NCBI GenBank assembly: GCA_028286565.1
Contig: JAQBRH010000004.1
Location: 33,951-97,950 of the forward strand
Reading direction: 5' to 3'
Source of the DNA: Parcubacteria group bacterium
GTDB lineage: Bacteria > Patescibacteriota > Minisyncoccia > Phycocordibacterales > Zambryskibacteraceae
Length of the DNA stretch: 64,000 bases
How positions within the stretch are numbered: the first letter of the stretch is position 1; every line of letters starts with the position of its first letter. This document shows positions 1 through 10,287 of this stretch, one piece after another. A model generated the notes under the pieces. The model saw only the letters and a list, made by a program, of their open reading frames with translations. It ran no database searches and had not been told where the DNA came from. The position numbers and the translations under genes were made by a program.

Positions 1-1066
1 TATTAATGCCGTCCAGAGGAATTCCGGAGGCATCCCCGATTACTATGACCTTTCTCCCTTTGAAAGATCGATCGGAGGCATGCCGTGGATCAAACACCTC
101 ATCTTTAAATTCTATCCGAACCAAACGGAACTTTTGAACGCATACCAGAACGGGGACATCGAGAGCATTTCCGGTTTTTCTCCCGAAGAAGCTATCGTTC
201 TCTTGAACTCAAATTCGCGAATCCTTTCCTCTCCTTTGCCTCGCGTCTTCGGCGTCTTCTTTAACCAGAGCCAGAATAAAGCCCTGCTGGATAAGTCCGC
301 GCGACAGGCCCTCGACCTCTCCGCCCCGAAAGAAAAGATCGTCGAAGACATCCTCCACGGATATGCGACGGTGATCGACGGGCCGCTTCCTCCCGCCCTC
401 TTCGCCTGGAGCGGCGCCCGCTCAACCACCACGCCGATCGACGCACGCATGGCCGCGGCCCAACAAATACTCATAGGCGGCGGTTGGACAAAGAATCCCC
501 AAACAGGAATATTTGAAAAAAAGTCGAAAGGTGCTACACTTACTCTGTCGTTTTCAATCTCCACTGGTGACGCTCCAGAACTCAAAGCGGTCGCAGAAAA
601 ATTGCGCACTGCTTGGCAAACTCTCGGAGCAAAGGTGGATGTGCTCGTGTTTGAGACAGGCGACCTGAACCAAAACGTCATCAGACCCCGAAAGTTTGAG
701 GCGCTTCTGTTCGGAGAAGTCGTCGGCCGAGACGCGGATGTCTATCCCTTCTGGCACTCATCAGAAAGAAACGATCCGGGCCTCAACATCGCCCTCTATG
801 CCAACTCGAAAGTAGACAAGCTCCTCGAAGATGCGCGTCAGACCACTGATCCGATCAAGCGAGAGAATGACTACAGATCCTTCGACAAGGAGATCCGGGC
901 CGATGTACCAGCGGTGTTCTTGTACACCCCCAGCTATCTCTATCTTGCACCGACAAGCGTCAAGTCGATCACCTTCGGCGAACTGACGACTCCGCAGGAC
1001 AGATTCCTCGGCATCAGAGATTGGTACATAGAGACGACCAGAGTCTGGAAACTATTCGTTAGATAA
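1..1066 (+). CDS. ABC transporter substrate-binding protein, family 5 (peptide/nickel), 5'-partial
   Basis: Frame is open from the window start; SBP family 5 C-terminal motifs (RQALDLS, FWHSSE...N.ALYANSKVDKLLEDAR, PAVFLY). Confidence 0.85.
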   Translation, partial: INAVQRNSGGIPDYYDLSPFERSIGGMPWIKHLIFKFYPNQTELLNAYQNGDIESISGFSPEEAIVLLNSNSRILSSPLPRVFGVFFNQSQNKALLDKSARQALDLSAPKEKIVEDILHGYATVIDGPLPPALFAWSGARSTTTPIDARMAAAQQILIGGGWTKNPQTGIFEKKSKGATLTLSFSISTGDAPELKAVAEKLRTAWQTLGAKVDVLVFETGDLNQNVIRPRKFEALLFGEVVGRDADVYPFWHSSERNDPGLNIALYANSKVDKLLEDARQTTDPIKRENDYRSFDKEIRADVPAVFLYTPSYLYLAPTSVKSITFGELTTPQDRFLGIRDWYIETTRVWKLFVR

Positions 1067-1084
1067 TTCTAAAGATAATAAAGT

Positions 1085-2968
1085 ATGAATCCAACTACTA
1101 ATCCCGCAGGCGCAGCTCCAAGCGCTCCGGCCCATCCCGCCCGCACGCACGGTCCTCGCCGCGAACGCGGAGGTTTTAGCCGCGGAGCGCGCTCCCCGCT
1201 CATGACCCGATCCTTGAAGCAGAAAGGCATGCGCCGAGACTCTGACAGACCGATCGCTCAGAAGAAACCCGCGGACATCATCCCTCCTCTCGCTCCGAAC
1301 GTCATCCGCATCATCCCTCTCGGAGGAGTTGAGGAGGTCGGACGCAACATGACCGCCATCGAACTGAACGGCGCCATCATCGTCGTCGACGCGGGCATTC
1401 AATTCACCGACGCGGAAACTCCCGGAGTCGACTACATCCTTGCGAACACCAAATATCTCGAAGAGCGAAAGGACAGGATCAAGGCCCTGGTCATCACTCA
1501 CGGACACTTGGACCACATCGGAGGCATCCCGTACCTCATCACGAGGATCGGCAACCCGCCCATTTATACAAAAGAATTCGGCGCACTCATGATCAAGAAG
1601 CGCCAGGAAGAGTTCCCGCATCTGCCTCCCCTCAACATCCACATCGTCGAGGCGTCGGACAAAGCGGCCATTCCCCTTACTCCCGACCTCAAGGTTCGCT
1701 TCTTCGGCCTTACTCACTCGATCCCTGACTCGACCGGCATCATTATCGAGACTCCGTACGGAGATATCGTGAACACCGGAGACGTCCGCGTCGAGAACGA
1801 GAACGGCATCCCAGTCGAGAAGGAAGTCGAGCAATACAAGATGTTCAAGGATCGGAATGTCCTCCTCTTCACCATGGACTCGACGGGCATCGAGAAGCCG
1901 GGATTCTCTCCTTCCGAAAGCCATATTTTGAAGAACATCGACAAGATCGTCGCCGAAGTTCCCGGCCGAGTGATCATCGCCACCTTCGCTTCTCAAGTCG
2001 AGCGCATCATCGAATTCATGAACACCGCGAGGCGTTACGGCAAGAAGGTGGTCATCGAAGGCCGCAGCATGAAGAACAACGTCGACATCATCAAGCACCT
2101 CAACCTCGTGAACATCGACCACGTTGTGCCGATCGAGGACATCAACAAATATCCTCCGAACAAGATCATGATGATCGCGACCGGAGCCCAAGGAGAAGAA
2201 TTCGCCGCCCTCATGCGCATGGCGAACTCGACCCACAAGCACATCAAGCTCGGCCGCACCGACACCATCATCCTCTCTTCATCGGTCATTCCCGGGAACG
2301 AGCGAGCGATCGCCAAGCTGAAGGACAACCTCTTTAGGCACGACTCGAAGATCATCACCTACCTCGACTCCGACGTGCACACCTCCGGCCACGGCAAGCG
2401 AGGAGAGCTCGAATGGGTCCACAAGCAGATCCCGTACAAATTCTTTATGCCCGTCCACGGACACCACTACATGCTGAAGATGCACGCCGATCTCGCCGTA
2501 GCTTTGGGAGCCGCTCGCGAGAATGTGATCGTCCCGGACAACGGTTCGATCATCGAGATCAGAGATGAAGGGAAGACTTTGGTTCGCCTCGCGGAGAAAG
2601 CTCCCTCGGACGACGTGGTCGTCGAAGGATTCTCCGTCGGAGACGTCTCCGAAGTATTGATCCGCGATCGTAAGATGCTCGCGGGCGACGGCATGTTCGT
2701 CATCATCGCCATGGTGAACACCCAGACCGGCAAGCTGAAGAAATCTCCTGATATTATTTCTCGCGGATTCATCTATCTCAGAGAATCCCAAGAGCTTCTG
2801 AACGAAGCGCGCCACCTCATCAAGAAATCGATCGAATCGACCACCGTCGGCATGAATCCGATCAACTTCGACTATGCCAAGAACGCGGTGAACGAAGACG
2901 TCTCCCGCTTCCTCTTCCAAAAGACAGCCAAGAAGCCGATCGTCATCCCCGTCATCCTCGGAGTCTAA
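1085..2968 (+). CDS. rnj: Ribonuclease J
   Basis: IIPLGGVEEVGRNM, THGHLDHIGG metallo-beta-lactamase motif, HTSGHG, PVHG and C-terminal PDIISRGF; basic disordered N-terminal extension. Confidence 0.95.
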   Translation: MNPTTNPAGAAPSAPAHPARTHGPRRERGGFSRGARSPLMTRSLKQKGMRRDSDRPIAQKKPADIIPPLAPNVIRIIPLGGVEEVGRNMTAIELNGAIIVVDAGIQFTDAETPGVDYILANTKYLEERKDRIKALVITHGHLDHIGGIPYLITRIGNPPIYTKEFGALMIKKRQEEFPHLPPLNIHIVEASDKAAIPLTPDLKVRFFGLTHSIPDSTGIIIETPYGDIVNTGDVRVENENGIPVEKEVEQYKMFKDRNVLLFTMDSTGIEKPGFSPSESHILKNIDKIVAEVPGRVIIATFASQVERIIEFMNTARRYGKKVVIEGRSMKNNVDIIKHLNLVNIDHVVPIEDINKYPPNKIMMIATGAQGEEFAALMRMANSTHKHIKLGRTDTIILSSSVIPGNERAIAKLKDNLFRHDSKIITYLDSDVHTSGHGKRGELEWVHKQIPYKFFMPVHGHHYMLKMHADLAVALGAARENVIVPDNGSIIEIRDEGKTLVRLAEKAPSDDVVVEGFSVGDVSEVLIRDRKMLAGDGMFVIIAMVNTQTGKLKKSPDIISRGFIYLRESQELLNEARHLIKKSIESTTVGMNPINFDYAKNAVNEDVSRFLFQKTAKKPIVIPVILGV

Positions 2969-2987
2969 CCTTCTCATTCATTTCCAC

Positions 2988-3020
2988 AAGAATGCCTCGC
3001 ATACGCGAGGCATTTCTTTT
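2988..3020 (+). terminator. Probable intrinsic terminator after rnj
   Basis: Hairpin aatgcctcgc-atac-gcgaggcatt followed by a T-rich tract. Confidence 0.6.
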
Positions 3021-3034
3021 GGTATACTTTCTTT

Positions 3035-4201
3035 ATGAGAGTTCATTTCAAGCGAAGCTGGAACAAAGCCTTGTTCCCCGTCTACCTCGCGACCTTCTTT
3101 TTCTTTTTTCATTACAACTCGCTCGTCTATGTGAACTCCTCCTACCTCGAGCGGTTCTTCGCGCCGAGCGTGGTCGGGTTTATATATGTGCTCGGCGCGG
3201 TCGGGAACCTCTTTCTGATCTTCCTCGCCCTCAAATGGCTCGCTCTCATCGGGAACCGCAAATTCTTCTCCTATTTCCTCTGCGCTGAGCTCCTCGCGGT
3301 CACGGGCCTCGCTTTTGTTTCGACGCCGCTCGCCATGGCCCTCCTCTTCATCCTCTTCGACAGCACTTCTCTCATGATCCTCTATAGCCTCGATATCTTC
3401 CTCGAGGATGCGACGCCGAAGAACCAGACCGGATCGGTTCGAGGCATGTCGCTTACGCTCGGGAATATCGCCCTCGTCCTTTCTCCGCTTCTCATCGCGG
3501 TCGTCGCGCCGAACGGAGAATTCTCGAGACTCTACTTTATCTCCGCCCTTCTCCTCGCCCCACTCTTTTTCCTCTCGGCCTATTCGTTCAAGGGCTTTAA
3601 GGACGGACACCAGCGATTCGCCGAAGTGCCCCTTCGCGCCTGGTGGAACTCAAAGAACATCCGCCGAGTGACCCTCGTACGCATGGTGCTCGATATCTTC
3701 TACAGCTTCATGGTCATTTATATGCCTATCTATCTCCACGACCATATCGGGTTCGGCTGGGCCTCGATCAGCATCATCTTCACCATCATGCTTCTGCCTT
3801 TTATCCTCCTCGAGATCCCGGTCGGAAAGTTGGCCGACTCGTGGTGCGGCGAAAAGGAGTTCATGACCCTCGGGTTTTTCATTATGGGCACAGCTCTCAT
3901 CATCATCCCTTTCTTCCACAGCGCTTCGATCCTCCTGTGGGGAGGACTTCTGTTCTTATCTCGAGTCGGCGCCGCGATCACTGAAGTGACCACCGAAAGC
4001 TATTTCTTCAAGCATGTGGATAAGCGTGATGCGGGCATGATCTCCGTGTACCGCATGGCTTGGCCGGTCGGATTCATCCTCGGCTCCTTGATCGCTTCAT
4101 TCTCCCTCTCGCTCCTTCCGTTCGAAGCGATGTTCATCATCCTGGCGGTCATTGTATTGAAAGCGATGGACACAAGCACGAAACTACAAGACACAAAATA
4201 A
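3035..4201 (+). CDS. MFS transporter
   Basis: About 12 hydrophobic segments and motif-A-like GKLADSWCGEK. Confidence 0.85.
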   Translation: MRVHFKRSWNKALFPVYLATFFFFFHYNSLVYVNSSYLERFFAPSVVGFIYVLGAVGNLFLIFLALKWLALIGNRKFFSYFLCAELLAVTGLAFVSTPLAMALLFILFDSTSLMILYSLDIFLEDATPKNQTGSVRGMSLTLGNIALVLSPLLIAVVAPNGEFSRLYFISALLLAPLFFLSAYSFKGFKDGHQRFAEVPLRAWWNSKNIRRVTLVRMVLDIFYSFMVIYMPIYLHDHIGFGWASISIIFTIMLLPFILLEIPVGKLADSWCGEKEFMTLGFFIMGTALIIIPFFHSASILLWGGLLFLSRVGAAITEVTTESYFFKHVDKRDAGMISVYRMAWPVGFILGSLIASFSLSLLPFEAMFIILAVIVLKAMDTSTKLQDTK

Positions 4202-4651
4202 TTAATAGACTCCGAGAAGTTTAAAGATCGGAGCCATGAACGGATCGAAGTGAGTGCCGTAGACCATTGCCCCTCCGAGTCCCCCCGTGATAGTGACGCA
4301 AACAAGCCCGATAAGCGCAAGCGGGATGATGATGTAGGATCGGTGAACAAAAGCCGAATACCTATTCGGCTTGAACCATTGAAAGAGATACGAAAAGGCG
4401 ATGACCGCAAAGACAAGAAGGGTCGCTGTAGCAAAATTTGAATGCATCTGGAGGATGCGGGGCGCCGGATGAGCATCGGGTCCCGTCGCATAGGCCGCAA
4501 GCGAACCAAGGCTGCCGAAGATGGCGAGAGCCCCCTTTATATAGAACCAATACGGCTGTTCCATGACCTTTCTAAAACGCACGAGCTCGAGCACCGCATA
4601 GAGGGTGAGCAAGGCGACCGGGAAGTGCACGATGATCGGGTGAAGATCCAT
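4202..4651 (-). CDS. DUF2231-like membrane protein
   Basis: LHPIIVHFPVAL N-terminus and TGGLGGAMVYG C-terminal motif. Confidence 0.75.
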   Translation of the reverse strand: MDLHPIIVHFPVALLTLYAVLELVRFRKVMEQPYWFYIKGALAIFGSLGSLAAYATGPDAHPAPRILQMHSNFATATLLVFAVIAFSYLFQWFKPNRYSAFVHRSYIIIPLALIGLVCVTITGGLGGAMVYGTHFDPFMAPIFKLLGVY

Positions 4652-4723
4652 ATTTGTAGTATATCAAATTAAAAAAACTCCGCCTCTCGAGATATATCGA
4701 GGCGGAGCATTGCGTACAAATGT

Positions 4724-5662
4724 TCAGTCACCGGAGCGAAGTCGTCGAGATCTGTCTGCTTTTGGAAGCAACTCCTTCACTTCGGTTTGCGGTCCGAGAG
4801 CGTCGATGTCCTGGCGCAGAGTCTCTTCCGCTCCAGGACCCAAGTGTTCGGTAACCTTACGTAGTCCACGAAGGTACTCTCTGAAATCCTCGGAAGCTCG
4901 AGCAAGTTCAGAACCACGCTGATCTCCAAAGCCCAAACTCTTTTCTGCTTCTGCTGTCTGATACTCCCGAAGAAGCTCGAGAGCCATTTCGGTTGCATCT
5001 GCACAAAGAGTTCTGGCTGCAAGAGAAATCTCATCGGCTTCTCTGCCACTTTCTGCACGAAGTACATCGTTAGTTGTGGTTTCTTGAAGTGCTCGGAGCA
5101 TCACGTACCGCTCAGAATCCCTTGAAAGAGCCCCGAGGATACGTCCCGCTTCTTCCTTGGCATGCGGAGTGAGACGTTCGATCGCGGAGAGAAGGGCTTT
5201 CGTCTGTGGAGCGTCGCCGACCAACTTGATAATCCGGTCAACAAACGCTTGTTGTTTTGCAGCCTCTTCTTCTTTTATCCTTTCCTTCTTTTGTCGGAAG
5301 CTATTGAGAAACTTCTGGGTCATCAAGTCGATTACAAGAATCCCCCAGACGATGCTGGCAATTAGGACCGTCGTCTGAGTAATAGAGACATTGATATCGG
5401 ACATCCAGAAAACAAGAGTAAGAAAAGCCGTTGCGATGGCCCATGCCACGTGGAAGATAGCAAAAGGCTTCGCATCCGGCTCAGTCTTGTCACCTGCAAG
5501 GGCCGCTCCGAACACGACTGAAATGAAACAGAAGAAAGCCATGGCAAAATAACCTTTTCTTTCGCTTCCTAAAAAAAATAAGGAAGTAAGGAATGAAAGG
5601 AAGGTTGGTGCAATAAGTGCCTTATTCAACCAACGAATCCCTTTTCTCATTCGCTCGAACAT
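4724..5662 (-). CDS. Hypothetical membrane protein with coiled-coil C-terminus
   Basis: 312-aa ORF, four N-terminal TM segments, AGGAG upstream and a TTGACT-N16-TATAAT promoter near 5705-5735. Confidence 0.6.
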   Translation of the reverse strand: MFERMRKGIRWLNKALIAPTFLSFLTSLFFLGSERKGYFAMAFFCFISVVFGAALAGDKTEPDAKPFAIFHVAWAIATAFLTLVFWMSDINVSITQTTVLIASIVWGILVIDLMTQKFLNSFRQKKERIKEEEAAKQQAFVDRIIKLVGDAPQTKALLSAIERLTPHAKEEAGRILGALSRDSERYVMLRALQETTTNDVLRAESGREADEISLAARTLCADATEMALELLREYQTAEAEKSLGFGDQRGSELARASEDFREYLRGLRKVTEHLGPGAEETLRQDIDALGPQTEVKELLPKADRSRRLRSGD

Positions 5663-5752
5663 ATAATGATCTCCTGTGGCAAAGCCACGGTTGGGTTTCT
5701 AAATGCATTATACCCGAAATACCAATAAAGTCAACCAGAGGACGCAAGGGTA

Positions 5753-6358
5753 TTATCTATGATATTCGACGATCTCTCCTGCTTTGATCTCTATCGGGTC
5801 AGCCCGGCGGAGATTCTTGATCTGTCCCTTGATGAGGAGGTTCGTGTGGGGCGAACGGTCGAGGGCCTTGTCGATGTGCCAGAGAGGCATAGTCCCGGTG
5901 ATCCATTCATCGCCGAATTTTCTAAGATCGAACGGTTTTGAGTAGCTTCGAAGGGTCTTCGCTCCGCTCGGCAGGAAGTATTCATGAAAATAACTCATCA
6001 CGAGTTCATGAACGTTTTTATATACGGGCTCTCTATACCGAAGCACTGCGTGGTTTGTTTTAGAGATAGCTCCCCAGCATCCCCCTACCTTAAAGAGCGC
6101 GACCACATGCTCAAAGTCGTCTTTGGTGGTCTTGAGGTCGAGGAGGAGAGGCTTGTGTCCAAGCTTCTGAAGTTCCGCAGCCCCGATGAGCGCTCCTTCA
6201 AAGCAGTGCGCGGTCCCCGCCTTCAAACTTTCTTCGACCGATCTGCAGGTTTCGCCCTTTTTCTCAAAATTGAACGGAAGGGAGTTCAAAAAGCTTTGGA
6301 TCTCGGCCGGACTTTTATATCCTTTGGATTTCGGGTTACTCATATGATTCTTGCTCAA
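5753..6358 (-). CDS. Conserved hypothetical protein (possible transglutaminase-like Cys/His fold)
   Basis: AHCFEGAL...HVVALF...WGAISKTNHAVLRYREPVY motifs; function inferred only. Confidence 0.7.
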   Translation of the reverse strand: MSKNHMSNPKSKGYKSPAEIQSFLNSLPFNFEKKGETCRSVEESLKAGTAHCFEGALIGAAELQKLGHKPLLLDLKTTKDDFEHVVALFKVGGCWGAISKTNHAVLRYREPVYKNVHELVMSYFHEYFLPSGAKTLRSYSKPFDLRKFGDEWITGTMPLWHIDKALDRSPHTNLLIKGQIKNLRRADPIEIKAGEIVEYHR

Positions 6359-6926
6359 AGTATTTGGAGACGAGGACGTATCCTCCGATGCCGAACACGA
6401 CCGCGAGGAGAGCGAGGAGCGAGGCTGTGCTTAGGATGCTGTCGATCTGGCTTAGATATTTGCCGAACACAAACCCGATGACGATAAGGACAAAGGTCTT
6501 TGGGACGGTGCCGATGAGGCAATAGAGCACGAACTCCCGAAGCGGCATCCCCGCCACTCCGGCCGCCACTTGGATCCAGCCTCCGACCCCGTGGAAAAAT
6601 TTGCTGATAAATACTGACTTCTTCGGATGTTTTTTAAAATGATTCTCTACCTTTTCAAGCTTGGCCTCGTCGATCCGGAGAAGCCTCAGCCATCGCCCGC
6701 CCCGACCGTGCCGAACGAGATACCCGACATAATAGTGCAGAACATCCCCGATCGTGTCGGCGGCGACGATCAAGACATACGCCGAGAGCCCGTACAAATA
6801 TCCGACGGATATGAGGAAGCCGGAGATGATGGTGACGATCGGCCCTTCGAGCACCGCAATGGGAAACAGCACCCAGTATCGATAGGTCTCAAGGAGCGAG
6901 AGGATGTAGTCGAGGCTGAGATGCAT
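6336..6926 (-). CDS. DedA family membrane protein
   Basis: EGP, GD..HYYVG, SKFFHG and AGVAGMP motifs; start moved to MHLSLDY, adjacent to the upstream stop. Confidence 0.85.
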   Translation of the reverse strand: MHLSLDYILSLLETYRYWVLFPIAVLEGPIVTIISGFLISVGYLYGLSAYVLIVAADTIGDVLHYYVGYLVRHGRGGRWLRLLRIDEAKLEKVENHFKKHPKKSVFISKFFHGVGGWIQVAAGVAGMPLREFVLYCLIGTVPKTFVLIVIGFVFGKYLSQIDSILSTASLLALLAVVFGIGGYVLVSKYFEQESYE

Positions 6927-6927
6927 A

Positions 6928-8028
6928 TTAGGCAAGGGTATCTTTCGTGAGCGGGGGTAGCTCCGTGACCGGCACCACATTGAAAAGAAGCCGGCCGATG
7001 ATCTGGCCTCGAGAGGTTTCCACATTTACTCTCCACCTCCCGGATTCAAGACCGTACCTGTTCGAGTATGTCCTAAATCCTCCTTCTCTGCCTCCGATCA
7101 CCGGGAGGTCGATGCGGGCTTTGGTCTCCCATGTCTTTGATGCCTCATTATAATGCTGCCATTCGTGGACAATGCCGATGTCGAGCTTGGAAGGAGAGAA
7201 CACCGCGCTGTATGCATAGACCGAGTCATTCGGGAGAAGGTGAACATCGTCATAGATCTTGAAAAATCCTTTCCAACCGTACTCCTCGTACGTCACTTCA
7301 TAATTCGCTCCGTTTCGGAGAAGCGTATGGTACACCCCTCCGCCTTTTAGAGCGAGCGGCAAGGGAGGAATGAGATTGGTGAAATACATGATATTCACCG
7401 CGGCGAAGATCCCGAGCACGATCCCGACCAGGAACTTTCGTTCTTTCCTATAATCGACCGGGCTAACTTGCTTTAGGACAAAGAAGAATACTCCCATGAT
7501 AAGGAGGCTGATAAGCCCGCTTCCGACAAAGACTGTTGCTCCGATCCGATGAAAGAGGATGGGAACGGAGAAGATGGCGAAAGAGAAAAGCGAGAGGAAG
7601 AAAAGGGCGACCTGGAAGGCCAAACGTTCGTAGTGGCGCTTCAGCCGCTCGTTCGCGAGAAAGGCGAGGGCGAGAATGAGAAGAAAGGGCCAAGTGGCCG
7701 AAAGCGTGGCGCTTCGGAAATAAAAGACGATGAAGGTCGAGAGGAGGCCTCCGAAGAAGAATTGGAGGATGTTCACGAGCCAAAAGTGAGTGGCGGGCAT
7801 CTCTTCTCCCTCTTCCTTTTTGTCTTCGTCTATATTGAGGAGGATGATGGCCACCGCGACGACGAGCAGGTGAAATCCCACCCAGACATTCTCCCAAAGC
7901 GCATCAACGCGGCGGAGCGTCAGGGCGTCGAAGACGAATCCGCCGATAAGGGAGATCGAAGAGAAGGGACGTTCATAGCGTCTATAGAGGCGCTCGATCG
8001 GGGCAAATAATGCCTTAAAGACTCGCAT
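6928..8028 (-). CDS. DUF2914-domain membrane protein
   Basis: Multi-TM N-terminus; C-terminal YSAVFSP...HEW...GGREGGFRTYS...GRWRVNVET; TATAAT 6 nt before the ATG at 8028. Confidence 0.75.
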   Translation of the reverse strand: MRVFKALFAPIERLYRRYERPFSSISLIGGFVFDALTLRRVDALWENVWVGFHLLVVAVAIILLNIDEDKKEEGEEMPATHFWLVNILQFFFGGLLSTFIVFYFRSATLSATWPFLLILALAFLANERLKRHYERLAFQVALFFLSLFSFAIFSVPILFHRIGATVFVGSGLISLLIMGVFFFVLKQVSPVDYRKERKFLVGIVLGIFAAVNIMYFTNLIPPLPLALKGGGVYHTLLRNGANYEVTYEEYGWKGFFKIYDDVHLLPNDSVYAYSAVFSPSKLDIGIVHEWQHYNEASKTWETKARIDLPVIGGREGGFRTYSNRYGLESGRWRVNVETSRGQIIGRLLFNVVPVTELPPLTKDTLA

Positions 8029-8055
8029 ATGGCCATTATATGCTAGACTCCACAC

Positions 8056-8793
8056 ATGAAGAAACCGATCAGAGGGACCACAGCGGCTCCAAAACCAGAA
8101 TTCCCCATGCGCATCAACAAATACCTCGCCCTAAAGGGCTATTCGACGAGGCGCGGGGCGGACGAACTTATCGAGAAGCACCAAGTGCTCATCAATGGCC
8201 GCTTTGCCGTCCTTGGAGACAAGGTAGAGTCGGGCGACGCCGTCAAAGTCAGATCGGGCCGAAAGCCCTCCGACTATGTGTACTATGCGTACAACAAGCC
8301 TGAGGGCGTGGCCACCATCGCTCCGAACAAAGGAGCAAAGGGCATCAAAGAAACGATCGACCTAAAGAATGTCTTCCCTATCGGTCGCTTGGACAAAAAT
8401 TCCCACGGACTCATCATCCTCTCGAACGACGGACGCATCACCGATCGCCTCTTGAATCCGATCCATACGCACGACAAGGAATACGTCGTGAAGGTCAAAG
8501 ACAAGCTTAGGAACAACTTTAAAGAAAAGATGGAAGCCGGCGTGAACATCGAAGGATATGTGACAAAGCCGACCAAGATCGAACTCATTGACGAGACCAC
8601 CTTCTCCGTCACCTTGACCGAGGGCAAGAAGCATCAGATCCGCCGCATGGTCGTCGCCCTCTTTGGCGAAGTCCGCGACTTGAAGCGCATCCGCATCATG
8701 AACATCGCTCTCGGCAAACTTGCTCCGAACTCATATAGGAAAATAGAAGGAGAAGAATTGAAAACGTTCCTCACAAGCCTCGGGCTTCTCTAA
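8056..8793 (+). CDS. rRNA pseudouridine synthase (RsuA/RluB/RluF family)
   Basis: S4 domain RINKYLA...TRRGAD, catalytic GRLDKNSHGL, and EGKKHQIRRM. Confidence 0.92.
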   Translation: MKKPIRGTTAAPKPEFPMRINKYLALKGYSTRRGADELIEKHQVLINGRFAVLGDKVESGDAVKVRSGRKPSDYVYYAYNKPEGVATIAPNKGAKGIKETIDLKNVFPIGRLDKNSHGLIILSNDGRITDRLLNPIHTHDKEYVVKVKDKLRNNFKEKMEAGVNIEGYVTKPTKIELIDETTFSVTLTEGKKHQIRRMVVALFGEVRDLKRIRIMNIALGKLAPNSYRKIEGEELKTFLTSLGLL

Positions 8794-10254
8794 TTATTTT
8801 GCGAGGTCGAGGGTCTCATCGATCCGGATCTGCTTCACGAACTCGGGGACGTGAGAGACGAGGATCATCGCGCCTTCGTACGCCGAGAGGGCCTTGGCTA
8901 TGATCGGCAAGTGCCTAAAGTTGATGTGGTTCGTCGGCTCATCCAATATAAGTATCCCCGGACGCTCGAGGACAAGGCGGGCGAAAGCCACGAGTCCCTT
9001 CTGTCCCTCCGAGAGGCTTCCGATCTTTGTTTTCATCACGTCTCCGGTGATGAGGAAGCCGGCTGCGGTCGAACGCATGGCTTCTTCGTTCGGCTTGATC
9101 ATGGCGGAGATAAGCGACTCGTAGACCGTCTGTTCAAAATCAAGCGTGGAGAAATCCTGCCTATAATATCCGAGCTTCACGCCTGGCGTGATCTCCACTC
9201 CTTCGGCGTCCCCGCGGGCAAGCGTCTCAAGAAGCGTAGACTTGCCTATGCCGTTCGGACCCTTGAGGAGAAGGTGATGATTTTTCTTTATCGAAATATT
9301 GGCTTTTCGTTTTAAGACCTTGTGGGTCTTCGGGCTCATGGTGGTAAAGGTTGTGATCTTTAGAAGTTCGCCTTTGATGTTCTCCTGCATGGGGATGACG
9401 AAAGGACGTATGACCTTGTCTTCTTTCCTGATATCGACCTTTTCTTCTTCGAGCTCTTCGGCTTTGTCTCGCATGCGGCGGGCGACGAGGCGCATCTGGC
9501 CACCTTTGTTCGCGAAGAAGTTCGCCTTGTCTTTGTTCTCTTGGATCTCTTTCGCGAGGAGGGCGTTCTTTCTGTTGTCCTTCTCGATCTTCAAGGCGAT
9601 CTCCTTTTGGAGGTCATAGTAGTTCCCCACATACTGCTCGACCTTTCTCGTGTAGACGTCGAGGTAGAGCACGCCGTCGGTGAATGAATTGAGGAAATCA
9701 GAATCGTGGGAGATGACGATGACGGTTTTCTTGTAGCCTTTGATGAAGGCGGTCAGGTGTTCGATGCCCGCCGTGTCGAGGTTGTTCGTCGGCTCGTCCA
9801 AAAGGAGGATGTCCGGATCGACGATAAGCGCGGAAGCGAGGAGGAGACGGGCCTGCTGGCCGCCTGAGAACGTTCTTAGGATCCGCTCATGCGGAGCGTG
9901 AACGTTCACCACTTCGAGGACGGCGTCGATCCGAGGATCTATGTCGTAGATCTTCGTCTTGAACTGCTTCAAGAAAAATTCCCTGACCGAAAGGCCAAGG
10001 TCTTCGCGCGGGATGACCTGGCGAGAGAGGGCGATCGAGAGGTTCGGAGTGATATGGATATTCCCGGATTCCGGATGGAGTTCGCGGGCGATCAGCTTGA
10101 AGATAGTGCTCTTGCCTCCCCCGTTCTGGCCCATGATGGTGATCTTCGAGCCCCGGCGCACATTGAAGCTGACCTCATCCAAGATGGGCTTGTCGTGGCC
10201 GTATTCAAAGCTCGTATTTTCGAATCTGAGGATGGTTCCTTGATCGGACATCAC
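8794..10254 (-). CDS. ABC-F family ATP-binding protein
   Basis: Two ABC domains (GQNGGGKST, FSGGQ, LLLDEPTN; GPNGIGKST, LSEGQ, ILDEPTNH) and no TM segments. Confidence 0.9.
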   Translation of the reverse strand: MMSDQGTILRFENTSFEYGHDKPILDEVSFNVRRGSKITIMGQNGGGKSTIFKLIARELHPESGNIHITPNLSIALSRQVIPREDLGLSVREFFLKQFKTKIYDIDPRIDAVLEVVNVHAPHERILRTFSGGQQARLLLASALIVDPDILLLDEPTNNLDTAGIEHLTAFIKGYKKTVIVISHDSDFLNSFTDGVLYLDVYTRKVEQYVGNYYDLQKEIALKIEKDNRKNALLAKEIQENKDKANFFANKGGQMRLVARRMRDKAEELEEEKVDIRKEDKVIRPFVIPMQENIKGELLKITTFTTMSPKTHKVLKRKANISIKKNHHLLLKGPNGIGKSTLLETLARGDAEGVEITPGVKLGYYRQDFSTLDFEQTVYESLISAMIKPNEEAMRSTAAGFLITGDVMKTKIGSLSEGQKGLVAFARLVLERPGILILDEPTNHINFRHLPIIAKALSAYEGAMILVSHVPEFVKQIRIDETLDLAK

Positions 10255-10287
10255 AGTACCTTACCACATATGCTAGGATAGCCGAAT

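Noticed and set aside
1052-2977. Long antisense ORFs (also 12240..13376, 43943..44854, 48722..49789, 52066..53055)
   Set aside because: Shadow frames of well-supported genes, expected with GC-rich third codon positions.
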